The notes under the pieces were generated by a model. The model was not told the origin of the DNA, made no database searches, and saw only the letters and a list, made by a program, of their open reading frames with translations. Below, one piece after another: positions 19,969 to 32,248 of a stretch of DNA of 64,000 bases. Positions within the stretch are counted from its first letter, which is position 1. The number at the start of each line of letters is the position of its first letter. The position numbers were made by a program, and so were the translations under genes. Source of the stretch: an uncultured Chthonomonadaceae bacterium (GTDB lineage Bacteria; Armatimonadota; Chthonomonadetes; Chthonomonadales; Chthonomonadaceae); contig CAWIEK010000009.1 in assembly GCA_963835065.1 (NCBI GenBank), forward strand, positions 32,001-96,000, given 5' to 3'.

Positions 19969-21735
19969 TCAATTGTCCGGGAAGGGTCCGGCGGCACGGC
20001 CATAAATCAAAGGCGGCTTGGGCGGGGGCGGCGCGTCCTGGTCGTGGGGGGGAACAAGCGGAAGCCATACGCGGAACCGGGTTCCCTGGTTCACGTCGCT
20101 TTCCACTTCGATCTGGCCGCCGTGATTGTCCACGTTTTTTTGGACAATGGAAAGGCCCAACCCGGTTCCTTTAGGGCGTGTGGTGACGAAGGGCTGAAAA
20201 ATGCGCTCCAATTCTTCGGGTTCAATCCCGGTTCCCGTGTCGCAAAATTCCATTCCGGCCATCTGGCGAGTCTCCTCCCAACGACTTTGTATTTTTAGAA
20301 CGCCGCTTTCGGGCATGGACTGCGCGGCGTTCATAACAATGTTACGGATCACCTGGCGGATTTGCGCTTCGTCGGCGAGGATTTCCGGCAGACCGGGGGC
20401 CAGTTTCCAATCCAGGCGAACGCGATGCTCCTTGAGAAAGAGCGCAAGGGATTTCAGCGCGGCGCGGAGCAGAGTATTGAGCTGTATGGGCGCGGGCGCG
20501 AGGGGCGTGGGACGGGCAAAGTTGAGCATCTCCGTTGTCAGGCGGCTCAATCCGTCCACTTCCTCAATGATAATGTCGGGCCATGTGGGGCTGTCAAGTT
20601 CGCTGCGAATAAGTTGGGCCGCGCCCCGGATGGGAGAAAGGGCATTGCGCACTTCATGCGCCATTTTGGCGGCAAGCTGCCCGATGTCGGCCAGTCGCCG
20701 CATTTTTTCCAGCTCGTTTTCGAGATGCGTTTCCTGCGTCACGTCCTCGAAGATAAGAACAACGCCGGCGCGCTCCCCGGTTTCGCGGGGCGCGTTGGGA
20801 CGCTCCGGCAGGCGGGACGCCATGACAACCAGCGTCAGCGCCGGCTTATCCTGGGGATGCAGCGTTAATTTCAAGCGATGCACGGGTTCCCCGGTTTCCT
20901 GAACGCGGCCAACAAGGGCAAGCAGGTTCTCCTGTTCGCTTGGCGGCAGGCGCAGGGCCGCAAAAGCGGCTTCGAGGGGAGCATTGCGCATGTGACGCGC
21001 CCCGCCTTGCAGCAGCAGTTCGGCGGCAGGGTTGCAGCGGGCAATGTTTCCGTTGGCGTCCGTCGTGAGAATGGCGGCTTCTATGGACTGCAAAACGTTA
21101 TCGGTGGTGTCTTTCAAGCGGCGAAGTTTGGCGGCGCTTTCCTGCATTTGCGCGGTGAGCAGGGCGTTTTCGAGGGCAAGCCCGGCCTGCCAGATGTAGG
21201 CTTGCAGAAGGTTTATTTGCTCCTCGCGGATGGGCGCGGGTTTACGCTGATTATCGGCCACAAGGACGGCAAGGCAGGTTTCACCGCGAATGAGGATGGG
21301 CACGGCGACAAAGGCGTTCGCGCCGAGTGAGCGGGCGTAGCCCTTATTCTGGCGGTACGCGGGAACGCGCTGCTCCTCTTCGGATACAGGCAGGCGGCTG
21401 TCGAAGTGGAGCATTTCACGGGAACGGGCCACTCGTCCAACCGCGCCTTCTCCAAGCGTGACAGGATTGCGGGCAAGGCTTTCCGGGTAGCCTTCGCTTG
21501 CGCGGATGGTCAGCGTGGGGCGGTTGGTATCCTGTAAATACAGGCAGCAGCGGTCAAAGCCAATGATGCCGCAAACCTGGCCGGGGATAATTTCGAGCAG
21601 CGCGTCCATATCGGGGGCAGACAGGAGGGCGCGCGACAGGGTGGACAGGTCGGACAGGTGGCGCGTGGTTTGATGATTCTCATCGCGCGGATATGATATA
21701 ATGGTTAAAGGCGTCGAATTAAAGCTACTGCTCAT
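19969..21735 (-). CDS. GAF/PAS sensor histidine kinase
   Basis: GAF region, PAS (ILTTDANGNIARCNPAAE), AHEVRNALSPI, NIVMNAAQSM, DTGTGI, GTGLGL; start uncertain. Confidence 0.93.
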   Translation of the reverse strand: MSSSFNSTPLTIISYPRDENHQTTRHLSDLSTLSRALLSAPDMDALLEIIPGQVCGIIGFDRCCLYLQDTNRPTLTIRASEGYPESLARNPVTLGEGAVGRVARSREMLHFDSRLPVSEEEQRVPAYRQNKGYARSLGANAFVAVPILIRGETCLAVLVADNQRKPAPIREEQINLLQAYIWQAGLALENALLTAQMQESAAKLRRLKDTTDNVLQSIEAAILTTDANGNIARCNPAAELLLQGGARHMRNAPLEAAFAALRLPPSEQENLLALVGRVQETGEPVHRLKLTLHPQDKPALTLVVMASRLPERPNAPRETGERAGVVLIFEDVTQETHLENELEKMRRLADIGQLAAKMAHEVRNALSPIRGAAQLIRSELDSPTWPDIIIEEVDGLSRLTTEMLNFARPTPLAPAPIQLNTLLRAALKSLALFLKEHRVRLDWKLAPGLPEILADEAQIRQVIRNIVMNAAQSMPESGVLKIQSRWEETRQMAGMEFCDTGTGIEPEELERIFQPFVTTRPKGTGLGLSIVQKNVDNHGGQIEVESDVNQGTRFRVWLPLVPPHDQDAPPPPKPPLIYGRAAGPFPDN

Positions 21736-22069
21736 AATGATGCCGACAGAAAAGAAACCTGTGCTGCGCAACGGTGGGAGCATCAGGGAAGTTGTGTCGG
21801 ATGGAGGATGGTTGCCGCGCGGCAGCAAGAGTATGGCAACGTCACCATCGCTGTTGACGAACCATCAAGGGCGCTGGTATTTGTGGCTTGTATATCAGAA
21901 AATTTGTACAGCCATGATAATTCTGTACAGCTATAATCACCTATTGTACCATATTGCGCTGATAATTCTCTTTGTCTTTCGGGGTATTTTGTTTGTCCGT
22001 CCGTTTCGGGGATTGAAAATACCCGTAGCCCTATTTCACAGCAAGCGTTTTCAATTCCTGGCAGACGGC

Positions 22070-22098
22070 TTGACAACCGCGCATTAATTCTTCATAAT
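22070..22098 (+). promoter_or_regulatory. Sigma70 promoter for the sugar ABC ATPase
   Basis: TTGACA-17 nt-CATAAT. Confidence 0.65.
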
Positions 22099-22239
22099 CT
22101 TCCTATACACCGAGTGCCTTGAATCAGGATGAAAGCTGATTCTTTCTCCTTTTTCCTTGAAAAACAACGATTTCTGCTTCCCTATTATCTTTCCTTATTC
22201 CCTGAGTATCCGCATAGAAGCGGAGGAGAGTGTCGCGTT

Positions 22240-23388
22240 ATGGCTGGCGTAGAATTGAAAAATCTGACCAAATCGTTCAACAAGGTCACTGCGGTCAACA
22301 GCATCAACCTGGAAATCCGGGACAAAGAGTTTATGGTGCTTGTCGGGCCTTCCGGGTGCGGTAAAACCACCGCCCTGCGCATGATTGCCGGCCTGGAAGA
22401 GTCTACGGGCGGCGAGATTCTCATTGGCGACCGGGTTGTCAACGATGTGTCGCCCAAAGACCGCGACATTGCGATGGTGTTCCAGAACTATGCGCTGTAC
22501 CCGCACATGAGCGTGTACGACAACATGAGTTTCGGGCTGCGCTTGAAGCGGACGCCGACGGGGGGCGTATGGCCGCTCAATTCTCGCCGGACGTTTACCA
22601 AAGAAGAGATTGACCGGCGGGTTCAGGAAGCGGCGGAAATGTTGGGATTGAAGCCCCTGCTCCAGCGCAAGCCCAAAGAACTGTCGGGCGGGCAGCGTCA
22701 GCGCGTGGCGTTGGGACGCGCCATTGTGCGCGAACCCAAAGTGTTCCTGATGGACGAGCCGCTTTCCAACCTGGACGCCATGCTGCGCGTACAAACCCGC
22801 GCCGAACTGATTAAATTGCACCGGCGTTTGGGCATTACGACCATTTACGTCACGCACGATCAGGTGGAAGCCATGACGATGGGCGACCGCATTACGGTGA
22901 TGAGCAACGGCATCATTCAGCAGGTTGGAGCGCCTTTAGAGTTGTACAACCATCCCGTGAATCTGTTCGTCGCCGGCTTCATCGGTTCGCCCGGCATGAA
23001 CTTTGTGCCGGTCAAAATCGCGCAGCAGGGCGAGCGGCTTGTGGCGGATGCGGGCAGTTTCCGCGTCGTATTGCCACCTGCGCAGGCCGAGCGCGTCCGC
23101 GATTATGTCGGCAAATCGTGCATGTTCGGCATACGCCCCGAAGACATTTACGATAAGCAGCTTGCCGGCCTGATACAGTCCACCCCGGACAACACCATTG
23201 CCGTTGACGTGGATGTGATCGAGCCGTTGGGCAGCAACATCGAAATGTACCTGAAATCCGGGGAGAGAACGCTGACGGCCATGATTGACAGCGCTTCGCC
23301 CGCGCGCATGGGCGACAAGATCGAAGTGATTTTGGACATGGACAAAACCCACCTGTTCGACACGGAAAGCGAGCAGGCGTTGTACTGA
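22240..23388 (+). CDS. Sugar ABC transporter ATP-binding protein (MalK/UgpC/MsmX-like)
   Basis: GPSGCGKTT, FQNYALYPH, LSGGQRQR, DEPLSNLDA, C-terminal TOBE; GGAGG RBS. Confidence 0.95.
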   Translation: MAGVELKNLTKSFNKVTAVNSINLEIRDKEFMVLVGPSGCGKTTALRMIAGLEESTGGEILIGDRVVNDVSPKDRDIAMVFQNYALYPHMSVYDNMSFGLRLKRTPTGGVWPLNSRRTFTKEEIDRRVQEAAEMLGLKPLLQRKPKELSGGQRQRVALGRAIVREPKVFLMDEPLSNLDAMLRVQTRAELIKLHRRLGITTIYVTHDQVEAMTMGDRITVMSNGIIQQVGAPLELYNHPVNLFVAGFIGSPGMNFVPVKIAQQGERLVADAGSFRVVLPPAQAERVRDYVGKSCMFGIRPEDIYDKQLAGLIQSTPDNTIAVDVDVIEPLGSNIEMYLKSGERTLTAMIDSASPARMGDKIEVILDMDKTHLFDTESEQALY

Positions 23389-23451
23389 GGCAATGCGGGT
23401 GTTCAGGTGTTCGGGTATTCAGGTGTTTGTCTTGATTGCCGGAGAGTTGCT

Positions 23452-24396
23452 ATGTCCCTTCGAGCGTCTTATCGCAGATTGTCGCGCCCTGCCCGCAGGT
23501 TGATTGGGGTGGGAGCGTTCGCCTGCGTTTTGGGGATAGGCTGGCTCTGGCTTGGCCGCGCCCTCCTGACGCGCTGGCTGATTGATGCCGTGAATCGAGG
23601 AGATACTACGCAGGTACGCCGCTTATTGCGCTGGGGCGCAAACCCCAATCAATCGAAAAACATTGTGTTTTGGGACGCTGACAGTATGACAGGACCCTGG
23701 ACAGCGCTGGATTTGGCCGCCTGGCAGGGGCGTACCGATCTCGCGCGGCTTTTTATTGTCAGGGGCGCAGACGTAAACCGGCGCGATCTGAACGGCAACA
23801 CCGCGCTAATATGGGCGATGCGGCACGGTGGCCCGTCAGATACCATACCTTTCCTGCTGGCGCATGGAGCCGACGTTCACGTTCGAGATGATGCAGGCAA
23901 CAACTTGCTTTGTATTGGTGTATTCGGCAGCATCGGGCGTCAGATGGAATTACTTTTCGGACACGGGCTAGATATAAACGCTAAAGTGAACAATGACTGC
24001 ACTATCATTGAGCAAGCAGTCAACTTGCATTATGTAGAGGAAACACGCATTTTGCTGGAGCATGGAGCCGATTGGAAATACTGCGCCAAACCGGAAAACT
24101 GCGCTTGGCTGACGGCTGCTAAATCCGGCCAAACCCCGATGCTGAAACTGCTGTTTGAACACGGAGCCGATGTCAACGCGCCCCTGCATGGAACAACTCC
24201 ATTAGCTGCCGCCGCTACCGGCGGGCATGTGGAAGCCACACAGTTTTTACTGTCGCAAGGGGCAAATCCCAATATCAAGACAGGATACAAGCATACCCTT
24301 CTTACCGACATCACAGATTTGGGCGCGCAATGGAGTACCCGCCAAACCAAGTGGAACGAGATAGCCATGCTGCTGCGCATGGCAGGCGCGAAATGA
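23452..24396 (+). CDS. Ankyrin repeat protein with N-terminal TM anchor
   Basis: GANPN, TALDLAA, GADVN and TPLAAAA repeats. Confidence 0.9.
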   Translation: MSLRASYRRLSRPARRLIGVGAFACVLGIGWLWLGRALLTRWLIDAVNRGDTTQVRRLLRWGANPNQSKNIVFWDADSMTGPWTALDLAAWQGRTDLARLFIVRGADVNRRDLNGNTALIWAMRHGGPSDTIPFLLAHGADVHVRDDAGNNLLCIGVFGSIGRQMELLFGHGLDINAKVNNDCTIIEQAVNLHYVEETRILLEHGADWKYCAKPENCAWLTAAKSGQTPMLKLLFEHGADVNAPLHGTTPLAAAATGGHVEATQFLLSQGANPNIKTGYKHTLLTDITDLGAQWSTRQTKWNEIAMLLRMAGAK

Positions 24397-24412
24397 AGCA
24401 GGTTAATTACGC

Positions 24413-25099
24413 ATGAGTTTGCGAACCGAAAACGTCACCTTGAGCTACGGGGATGGCGACCAGATTACGTATGCCGTGCGCGACGTTTCCGCCGCGTTTC
24501 CAGAGCGCGGGTTTTACGGCATCATGGGGCCGTCCGGGAGCGGCAAAAGTTCGCTGCTGTATCTGCTCAGTGGGCTGAAACTGCCCACGTCCGGCGATGT
24601 GATTTACGGTGGGCAATCCCTGTCCCGCATGAGCGACGGGGAACGGGGCCGAACCCGGCGCGAACGCTTCGGCTTTGTGTTTCAGCAGCCGTTTCTGCTC
24701 AACTACCTGACCGCCCGCGAAAACGTCCTTGTCGCGGCCCCGGCAGGTGACCGGCAGGCAAAAACCCGCGTGGACGCCCTGCTGGACGAACTGCACATTC
24801 TGCCCCTTGCCGAGCGTTACCCCGCCCATCTTTCCGGCGGCGAACGGCAGCGCCTCGTCGTGGCCCGCGCCATGATCAATCAGCCCGCTATCATCTTCGC
24901 GGACGAACCCACCGCCGCCCTCGACCACGCCAACGGACGCGCGGTCATCGAACTGCTCATGCGCTACCGAACGCAGGGAGCCGTCATCGTTGTTACCCAC
25001 GACCCCAGCATGTTAGCCGAAGCCGACAGCATCTACCATCTCACGGACGGCCTGCTGGATCATATTGAGGAAGGGATAGGGGAGAACAATGCTGAATGA
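24413..25099 (+). CDS. ABC transporter ATP-binding protein (LolD/MacB-like)
   Basis: GPSGSGKS, GFVFQ, LSGGERQR, ADEPTAALD, VTHD. Confidence 0.93.
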   Translation: MSLRTENVTLSYGDGDQITYAVRDVSAAFPERGFYGIMGPSGSGKSSLLYLLSGLKLPTSGDVIYGGQSLSRMSDGERGRTRRERFGFVFQQPFLLNYLTARENVLVAAPAGDRQAKTRVDALLDELHILPLAERYPAHLSGGERQRLVVARAMINQPAIIFADEPTAALDHANGRAVIELLMRYRTQGAVIVVTHDPSMLAEADSIYHLTDGLLDHIEEGIGENNAE

Positions 25100-25212
25100 T
25101 GAGTGATGAATGATGAGTACAATGCAGAATCCAATTCATCATTCATCATTCATCACTCATCACTCAGCACTACCCTCAACACCCTGAAACCCTAAAACCC
25201 TAAAACCCTACC
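25093..25212. repeat. Heptamer repeats (tgatgaa/ttcatca inverted; accctaa-type)
   Basis: Direct inspection; the same family is inserted in ppc. Confidence 0.8.
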
Positions 25213-25225
25213 CGAAGGAGATACC

Positions 25226-25744
25226 ATGTCCACTCGCAGCGTTACTTTGAGAGGCAATCCATTTGCCGTTGAGGGGCCGGAACTGAAAGCCGGCGACAAA
25301 GCCCCCGATTTCACCTTGCAGGCCAATACCGCAGAGGGGCTGAAAGACATTTCGCTAAAAGATTTTGCGGGCAAAACGCTTGTGCTTTCCGTGCTTCCTT
25401 CGCTGGATACGCCCGTGTGCGCCCTGCAAACACGCACCTTCAACCAGAAGGCAAGCGCGTTGCCGGACAATGTCGTCGTGCTGACGGTTAGCGCCGACCT
25501 GCCGTTTGCGCAGGGACGTTTTTGCGGCGCGGAAAACATTGACAAGCTGCAAACCGCGTCCGACCACCGCGATTCCAACTTCGGCAAAGCGTATGGCGTC
25601 CTGATTTCGGAAGGCCCATTGCAGCGTATTCTGGCCCGCTCCATCTTCGTCGTCGGCCCGGACGGTACGCTCAAATATGTGGAGTACGTGTCCGAAGTCG
25701 CCAACGAGCCGAATTACGACGCGGCTCTCAGCGCAGCGGCGTAA
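25226..25744 (+). CDS. tpx: Thiol peroxidase
   Basis: PSLDTPVC, SADLPFAQGRFC, SDHRD, LARSIFVV, EPNYDAAL. Confidence 0.95.
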   Translation: MSTRSVTLRGNPFAVEGPELKAGDKAPDFTLQANTAEGLKDISLKDFAGKTLVLSVLPSLDTPVCALQTRTFNQKASALPDNVVVLTVSADLPFAQGRFCGAENIDKLQTASDHRDSNFGKAYGVLISEGPLQRILARSIFVVGPDGTLKYVEYVSEVANEPNYDAALSAAA

Positions 25745-25752
25745 CTTCTATT

Positions 25753-25853
25753 TGTCTTGAACCATGATTTATGTAATTATGATGATTGCCATGAGGAACG
25801 CGCCTCCTAATCATGGTAATCACATAAATCATGTGAAATCATGGTTCAAGACA
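25753..25853. repeat. Palindromic REP-like element
   Basis: tgtcttgaaccatgattt ... aaatcatggttcaagaca, with internal aatcatg repeats. Confidence 0.8.
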
Positions 25854-25865
25854 AATTTCCGCCTG

Positions 25866-27650
25866 TCACTTTGCTTCTTTGAACACCCAGGGCGACAGTT
25901 CCGCCCTACCCCCGACTTTTATGACAACCTCTTGCGCGTCACGGTCTGCCCTGGCTTGTCGGATTCCCATTCGCTGCGACAGAAACTTTGCTAAGGTCGT
26001 TGGAGCAAGAGCAGGCGAGAGATAGGGCTTTACTTCCTCAAGCGCGATGTGGTACGCGCCTGCGGCCATATTCGACAGGGCAAAACGACCATTCTTGTCT
26101 ATGGCAACCTCAATACGCGCCGGGGTATTCTCTGCTTTTCCTTTTTCCTTTTTGCTGCTTTTTCCATTTACTTCGTCTTTTTCCGTTGCTTCGCCTATTT
26201 CGTTGCGTCGCGTGATATTCAGGGTTGCTGTCGCCAGCCCGAACGCCCCTTTGCTTGTCGTGATTTGCCCGGACAGCGCGCCGCCACGCTCTCCCTTTCT
26301 TGAGCGCAGGGTTTTGGGAAGCGGGGCGTTGAACAGGCTTTCGGGCGGATAATTGTCCAGATGTAAATCCAGATACAGGACGAGGGTTGTGTCCGCGCCC
26401 TGCCCCGGATACAAAGCGCGGGCGGGCAAGGCAAGCAGAAACGGTTCGTTGTCCCATACGGCGGCGTTCGCATGGAGCGGGGTGGAATTCGCGCCCGTCA
26501 GCTGTATGCCTGCCTGAATTTTTCCATTCGGGCAAACATGGGGCGTCAGAACGCAGGTAAGCGTCAGCGATTGCAGGGGCGCGTTTTGCGGATTAGCGGG
26601 TGTACTTACAATTGGGGCATACAGACGCAGGACGTTGGGCGTATCCGGCGTGAGGGCGAGAAGATTGGGCTGTGGAGGGCGCAGGGGCGTTCGGAAAGCG
26701 GACGGGGGCAGACGGCGCAAAACGGCTTCCATCGGCTCGCCTTTGAGCATCTTTGGCTTAATCGCGGGCTTGCTTGCCGCTCCCGGTTCAAGAACCAACG
26801 GTTCGGAGACCAACTTTAATGTTCGCGCCGTGTCTCCCTTCACAATAGCGGCCCCGGCCATGCCGAAGATACGCAATTTCCACGGCAAGGGCACGTTTTC
26901 AATATGAAACGGTAAGTCTGTCACGCTGCCGGACGCTAAAGTTGGCGCGGAACCGGGCATTACAGAGGAAGATGCCAGGGTCGGGCGTAAAGCCGCGTTG
27001 CCTGCCGGGTTGTCGGCGACAAGATGTACCACGCCATTAATTCGACTCACATACGCAGCCGATTGGGAGGGCGCAGACAGGGAGACCACATAGCCCAGCC
27101 CTTTGGGGAAGGAAAACTCGCGGCCTGCTTCCAAAATCGCAAGGCGCTGCCCCGTGTTGTCCATAACCGTCACATCGGCGCTGAGGTGGTCAAACATCTG
27201 CATCTGCCCGCTCCGCGTGGACATCACCTGAAGGCTCAGGCGCAACGGCTCGGCAATCGCCGTATTTGTGCCATACGGCGGATTGGTGTCATACACATAG
27301 GACGTTGAGCGTACCCGCCGCGCGGAAACAATGTAATCGCCGGTTTGACAGGCCAGATTTGCCATATAAAGGGGCTGTCTTCCCGCATCCATGCCCTGCC
27401 GGTCGTGCCTGCCGAATTCCGACCCGGAATTGCCCGCCGCGCTGCCTGCGCTGCCCGGAACCGGAAGTGTGACGGGAGCCAGCACCTGCGCCATGCGGGG
27501 ACTGTGCAGAAGGATGCAGGCCGCGCCAAAGGCTCCTCCGGCAAGGCTCAGGAACGTCACGCGCTGCTGCCCGGACGCCAAAAAAGCGATAGCCGCCTTC
27601 TTATCAGGCGCGCTGCCGTGTTTGAACGCGCGGAATCGGAATACGGACAT
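25866..27650 (-). CDS. Hypothetical membrane-anchored/exported protein
   Basis: Long ORF, GGAGGA RBS, N-terminal hydrophobic segment, C-terminal carboxypeptidase-regulatory-like strand pattern (DKNGRFALSNMAAGAYHI). Confidence 0.7.
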   Translation of the reverse strand: MSVFRFRAFKHGSAPDKKAAIAFLASGQQRVTFLSLAGGAFGAACILLHSPRMAQVLAPVTLPVPGSAGSAAGNSGSEFGRHDRQGMDAGRQPLYMANLACQTGDYIVSARRVRSTSYVYDTNPPYGTNTAIAEPLRLSLQVMSTRSGQMQMFDHLSADVTVMDNTGQRLAILEAGREFSFPKGLGYVVSLSAPSQSAAYVSRINGVVHLVADNPAGNAALRPTLASSSVMPGSAPTLASGSVTDLPFHIENVPLPWKLRIFGMAGAAIVKGDTARTLKLVSEPLVLEPGAASKPAIKPKMLKGEPMEAVLRRLPPSAFRTPLRPPQPNLLALTPDTPNVLRLYAPIVSTPANPQNAPLQSLTLTCVLTPHVCPNGKIQAGIQLTGANSTPLHANAAVWDNEPFLLALPARALYPGQGADTTLVLYLDLHLDNYPPESLFNAPLPKTLRSRKGERGGALSGQITTSKGAFGLATATLNITRRNEIGEATEKDEVNGKSSKKEKGKAENTPARIEVAIDKNGRFALSNMAAGAYHIALEEVKPYLSPALAPTTLAKFLSQRMGIRQARADRDAQEVVIKVGGRAELSPWVFKEAK

Positions 27651-27798
27651 GCCCATTCCTCCAGTACCGGGAATCAGAAGGCAGTAGACAGAAGACAGAA
27701 GACAGAAGACAGAATTCTCTCCCAATGTATACCGTACACATCAGGTCATCAGTGATTGAAAGCGCGGCTTCTGTCTTCTGTCTTCTGTCTACTGCCTT

Positions 27799-29118
27799 CT
27801 ACTTTGCGACTTGCAGGCGGGCGAAGCGGCGCGGGCCGACGCGCAGTACAGCTTGATTTAGGTCAGCAAGCGGCAGTTCCGCGCTTATATCGGATAGTTT
27901 TTCACCGTTGAGGAACGCGCCGCCCTGTTCGATGAGACGCCGCGCTTCGCCGTTGCTTTTCGCCATTCCCGCTACGACGAGCAGTTTGCACACCCATACC
28001 TTGCCGTCCTTGACGGCCTCTTCAGGAATAGCAATGTTCGGCATATCGGTGGGCAATTCCTTTTGCGCGTGAATCCGGTTCCACTCCTGATCGGCAGCCT
28101 CGCCTGCTTCCGCGCTGTGGTACAGGGCAATAATCTCCCGCGCCAGCCGCCGCTTTACATCTTTGGGATTGATTTGCCCGGAATCGGCCTGCGCCAGCAG
28201 GGATTCTATTTCCGGCAGGGGAACATCCGTGCAAAGCACAAAATAATCGCGCATCATCGCGTCGGAAAGCGACATCAGCTTGCCGAACATAGAATCGGGC
28301 GATTCCGTAATGCCGACGTAATTGCCCAGCGACTTGCTCATTTTCTTCGCGCCGTCCAGCCCGACAAGCAGGGGCATGAACAGCGCGATTTGCGGGTCCT
28401 GCCCCAATTCTCTTTGCAAGTCGCGCCCGGCCAGAATGTTGAAGGTTTGATCCAGCCCGCCCATTTCGACATCGGCTTCAATGGCAACGGAGTCGTATGC
28501 CTGCGCCAACGGGTACAGCAGTTCATGCAGGCTGACCGGCTGATGCTGCGCCAATCGGTTCGCAAAATCTTCCCGCGACAGCACTTTGGCAACGGTCATT
28601 TTCGAGGTAAGCTGAATCACGTCGGCAAAGCCCAGTTTGCCGAGCCATTCGCCGTTGAAGCGCACAGTGGTTTTTTCGCGGTCCAAAATCCGCGCCAGTT
28701 GATCCACATACGTATGCGCGTTGGCTTCGATTTCTGCCGACGTAAGCATGGGGCGGGTCGCCGAACGCCCGGACGGGTCGCCGATAAGCGCGGTATAATC
28801 GCCGATGATGATAATGACCTGATGCCCCAAATCCTGAAACTGACGCAGTTTGCGCAGCACAACCGCAAACCCTAAATGAATATCGGGCGCAGTCGGGTCC
28901 AATCCCAATTTAATATTGAGCGGCTTGCCCGTCCGTTCCGATTTCAGCAGTTTTTCGGTCAGTCCGTTATCCGGCACGATGCCCTGCGCCCCGCGTTCCA
29001 GTCGGACAATCTGCTCCTGAATATGCGCGGGCACTTCGGTTCCCGGCGTTGTTTCTTGCTGTCTTTCTTGCTCTGCCAAATCCAAAGTAGCCTCAATTCT
29101 CGTCAAAGTTGGATGCAC
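27799..29118 (-). CDS. tyrS: Tyrosine--tRNA ligase
   Basis: GLDPTAPDIHLG, GDPSG, YPLAQAYD, GGLDQTFN, KMSKS, C-terminal S4 domain. Confidence 0.97.
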   Translation of the reverse strand: MHPTLTRIEATLDLAEQERQQETTPGTEVPAHIQEQIVRLERGAQGIVPDNGLTEKLLKSERTGKPLNIKLGLDPTAPDIHLGFAVVLRKLRQFQDLGHQVIIIIGDYTALIGDPSGRSATRPMLTSAEIEANAHTYVDQLARILDREKTTVRFNGEWLGKLGFADVIQLTSKMTVAKVLSREDFANRLAQHQPVSLHELLYPLAQAYDSVAIEADVEMGGLDQTFNILAGRDLQRELGQDPQIALFMPLLVGLDGAKKMSKSLGNYVGITESPDSMFGKLMSLSDAMMRDYFVLCTDVPLPEIESLLAQADSGQINPKDVKRRLAREIIALYHSAEAGEAADQEWNRIHAQKELPTDMPNIAIPEEAVKDGKVWVCKLLVVAGMAKSNGEARRLIEQGGAFLNGEKLSDISAELPLADLNQAVLRVGPRRFARLQVAK

Positions 29119-29182
29119 TCGCTCGTTTTGTTGTTTTGTGAACTAATGTTAGCACAGTCGCGCCAAATATTCAACAGTGAAT

Positions 29183-29290
29183 ACAGGCATCAGGCATCAG
29201 GCATTAGGTATCAGGTATCAGGCATTAGAACCAAATCTTTTCTGTCTTCTGTCTTCTTCCCTAATGCCTGATGCCTGATGCCTAATGCCT
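29183..29290. repeat. ggcatca/tgatgcc heptamer repeats with ttctgtc repeats
   Basis: Direct inspection; gacagaa/ttctgtc family also at 27680-27797. Confidence 0.8.
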
Positions 29291-29302
29291 ACGAGGATAA
29301 TC

Positions 29303-30990
<1,688 letters not shown>

Positions 30991-31165
30991 AACCTTCGTG
31001 ACGAAACTGCCACGTCTGCGCCTGCCGGATGCGCTGATGGCGCGTCTTTACGGCCTCGCCATTCGGTTTGGACACGCATATCTCAGAAAATACAAGCGTT
31101 TTGTTCGGAACTCCCGTGCCCGATGCAAAAACAAGTTCGGTCAGCACAACATTTGACTAACGATA

Positions 31166-32113
31166 CTATCTTCGACGGCGGCGCAAAAATACTCCCACTC
31201 CGGTCAGCCCGCCTGCCAGAAGAAGGGCAATTGTGCCGGGTTCGGGAACTTGCGCGCCAAGCCCGGAAGCGGGAGCAAGGTCGTCCAAGCCCGCGATAGT
31301 GCCTATGACAGCGGCGGTATTACTGGCAATGTGGTATTGAAGGACATGGCTATTTCCCCGACTGGCGATGTACAGGTTCCCTAAGCCATCCGAGGTAATA
31401 CCATCTGGCTGCGAGAGAACCGCTCCTGTCGGCCTCAGAAAGTTGAAGGCTAAGGTAGTGGGATTGAGTTCGAGGATACGACCATTATTGTAGTCGGAGG
31501 CGAACAACATTCCCGTCACGCTGTCATACGTCAACCCATCCAGGAAAACCCCCGTGTTCGCAGACTGTGCGATCACGCTGCCGGTTGTCGGGTCAATACG
31601 CTCGATTCGCGAGTTATTGTTCTGGAAACCACTGCTCACATTGACGAACAGGCGGCTTGCGGAATCATAGATAATCCCATCCGGCCTGCCGCTCAATGAC
31701 AGAGGACTGCCCTGTACGCCGCCGGACAGCCGGACACGCCTAAGAGAGTTGGTAGCCTGGTCGCTGACAAGAAAACTGGTTTGATCTGGTTCCAGGGCGA
31801 GATCAATCGGCGAACCAAGCCCCGTCGCCAGCACGACATTGGAATGGCTGTGTGGATCGTATGCCAAGACTCGGGCGTTATCGAGTTGAGAGTATATGAT
31901 GCGTCCATCGGAATCAAAAAAGAGACTGTCAAGCGCAGCCCCGGTATTGAAGATCGGGGTGACGACATGTGTCACAGCATCAACGGTGTATATCTGGTTG
32001 GTGGTAACTGATGTGGCATAGATGGTCTGTGCCGAGGCGGGTCGGCAAATTGCCCACACCGTCAACATCGAGAGGCAAAGAGTAAAGCCGGTGGTACGAA
32101 AAAAGCATTGCAT
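31166..32113 (-). CDS. PEP-CTERM sorting-domain protein with beta-propeller
   Basis: Signal peptide; PIDLALE/PDGI propeller repeats; C-terminal VPEPGTIALLLAGGLTGVGVFLRRRRR. Confidence 0.9.
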   Translation of the reverse strand: MQCFFRTTGFTLCLSMLTVWAICRPASAQTIYATSVTTNQIYTVDAVTHVVTPIFNTGAALDSLFFDSDGRIIYSQLDNARVLAYDPHSHSNVVLATGLGSPIDLALEPDQTSFLVSDQATNSLRRVRLSGGVQGSPLSLSGRPDGIIYDSASRLFVNVSSGFQNNNSRIERIDPTTGSVIAQSANTGVFLDGLTYDSVTGMLFASDYNNGRILELNPTTLAFNFLRPTGAVLSQPDGITSDGLGNLYIASRGNSHVLQYHIASNTAAVIGTIAGLDDLAPASGLGAQVPEPGTIALLLAGGLTGVGVFLRRRRR

Positions 32114-32248
32114 GAAATTTTCCTTTTCAACTTCTATACTCCCGTAGGAGTAAGGAACAGGATACGAGAACTAAAACGAAACATAGATTGTTACCTTTGT
32201 TAATGAGAGAACTTTCCACATTTTCAAGCCTGTAAAGGCTTGAAAGCG

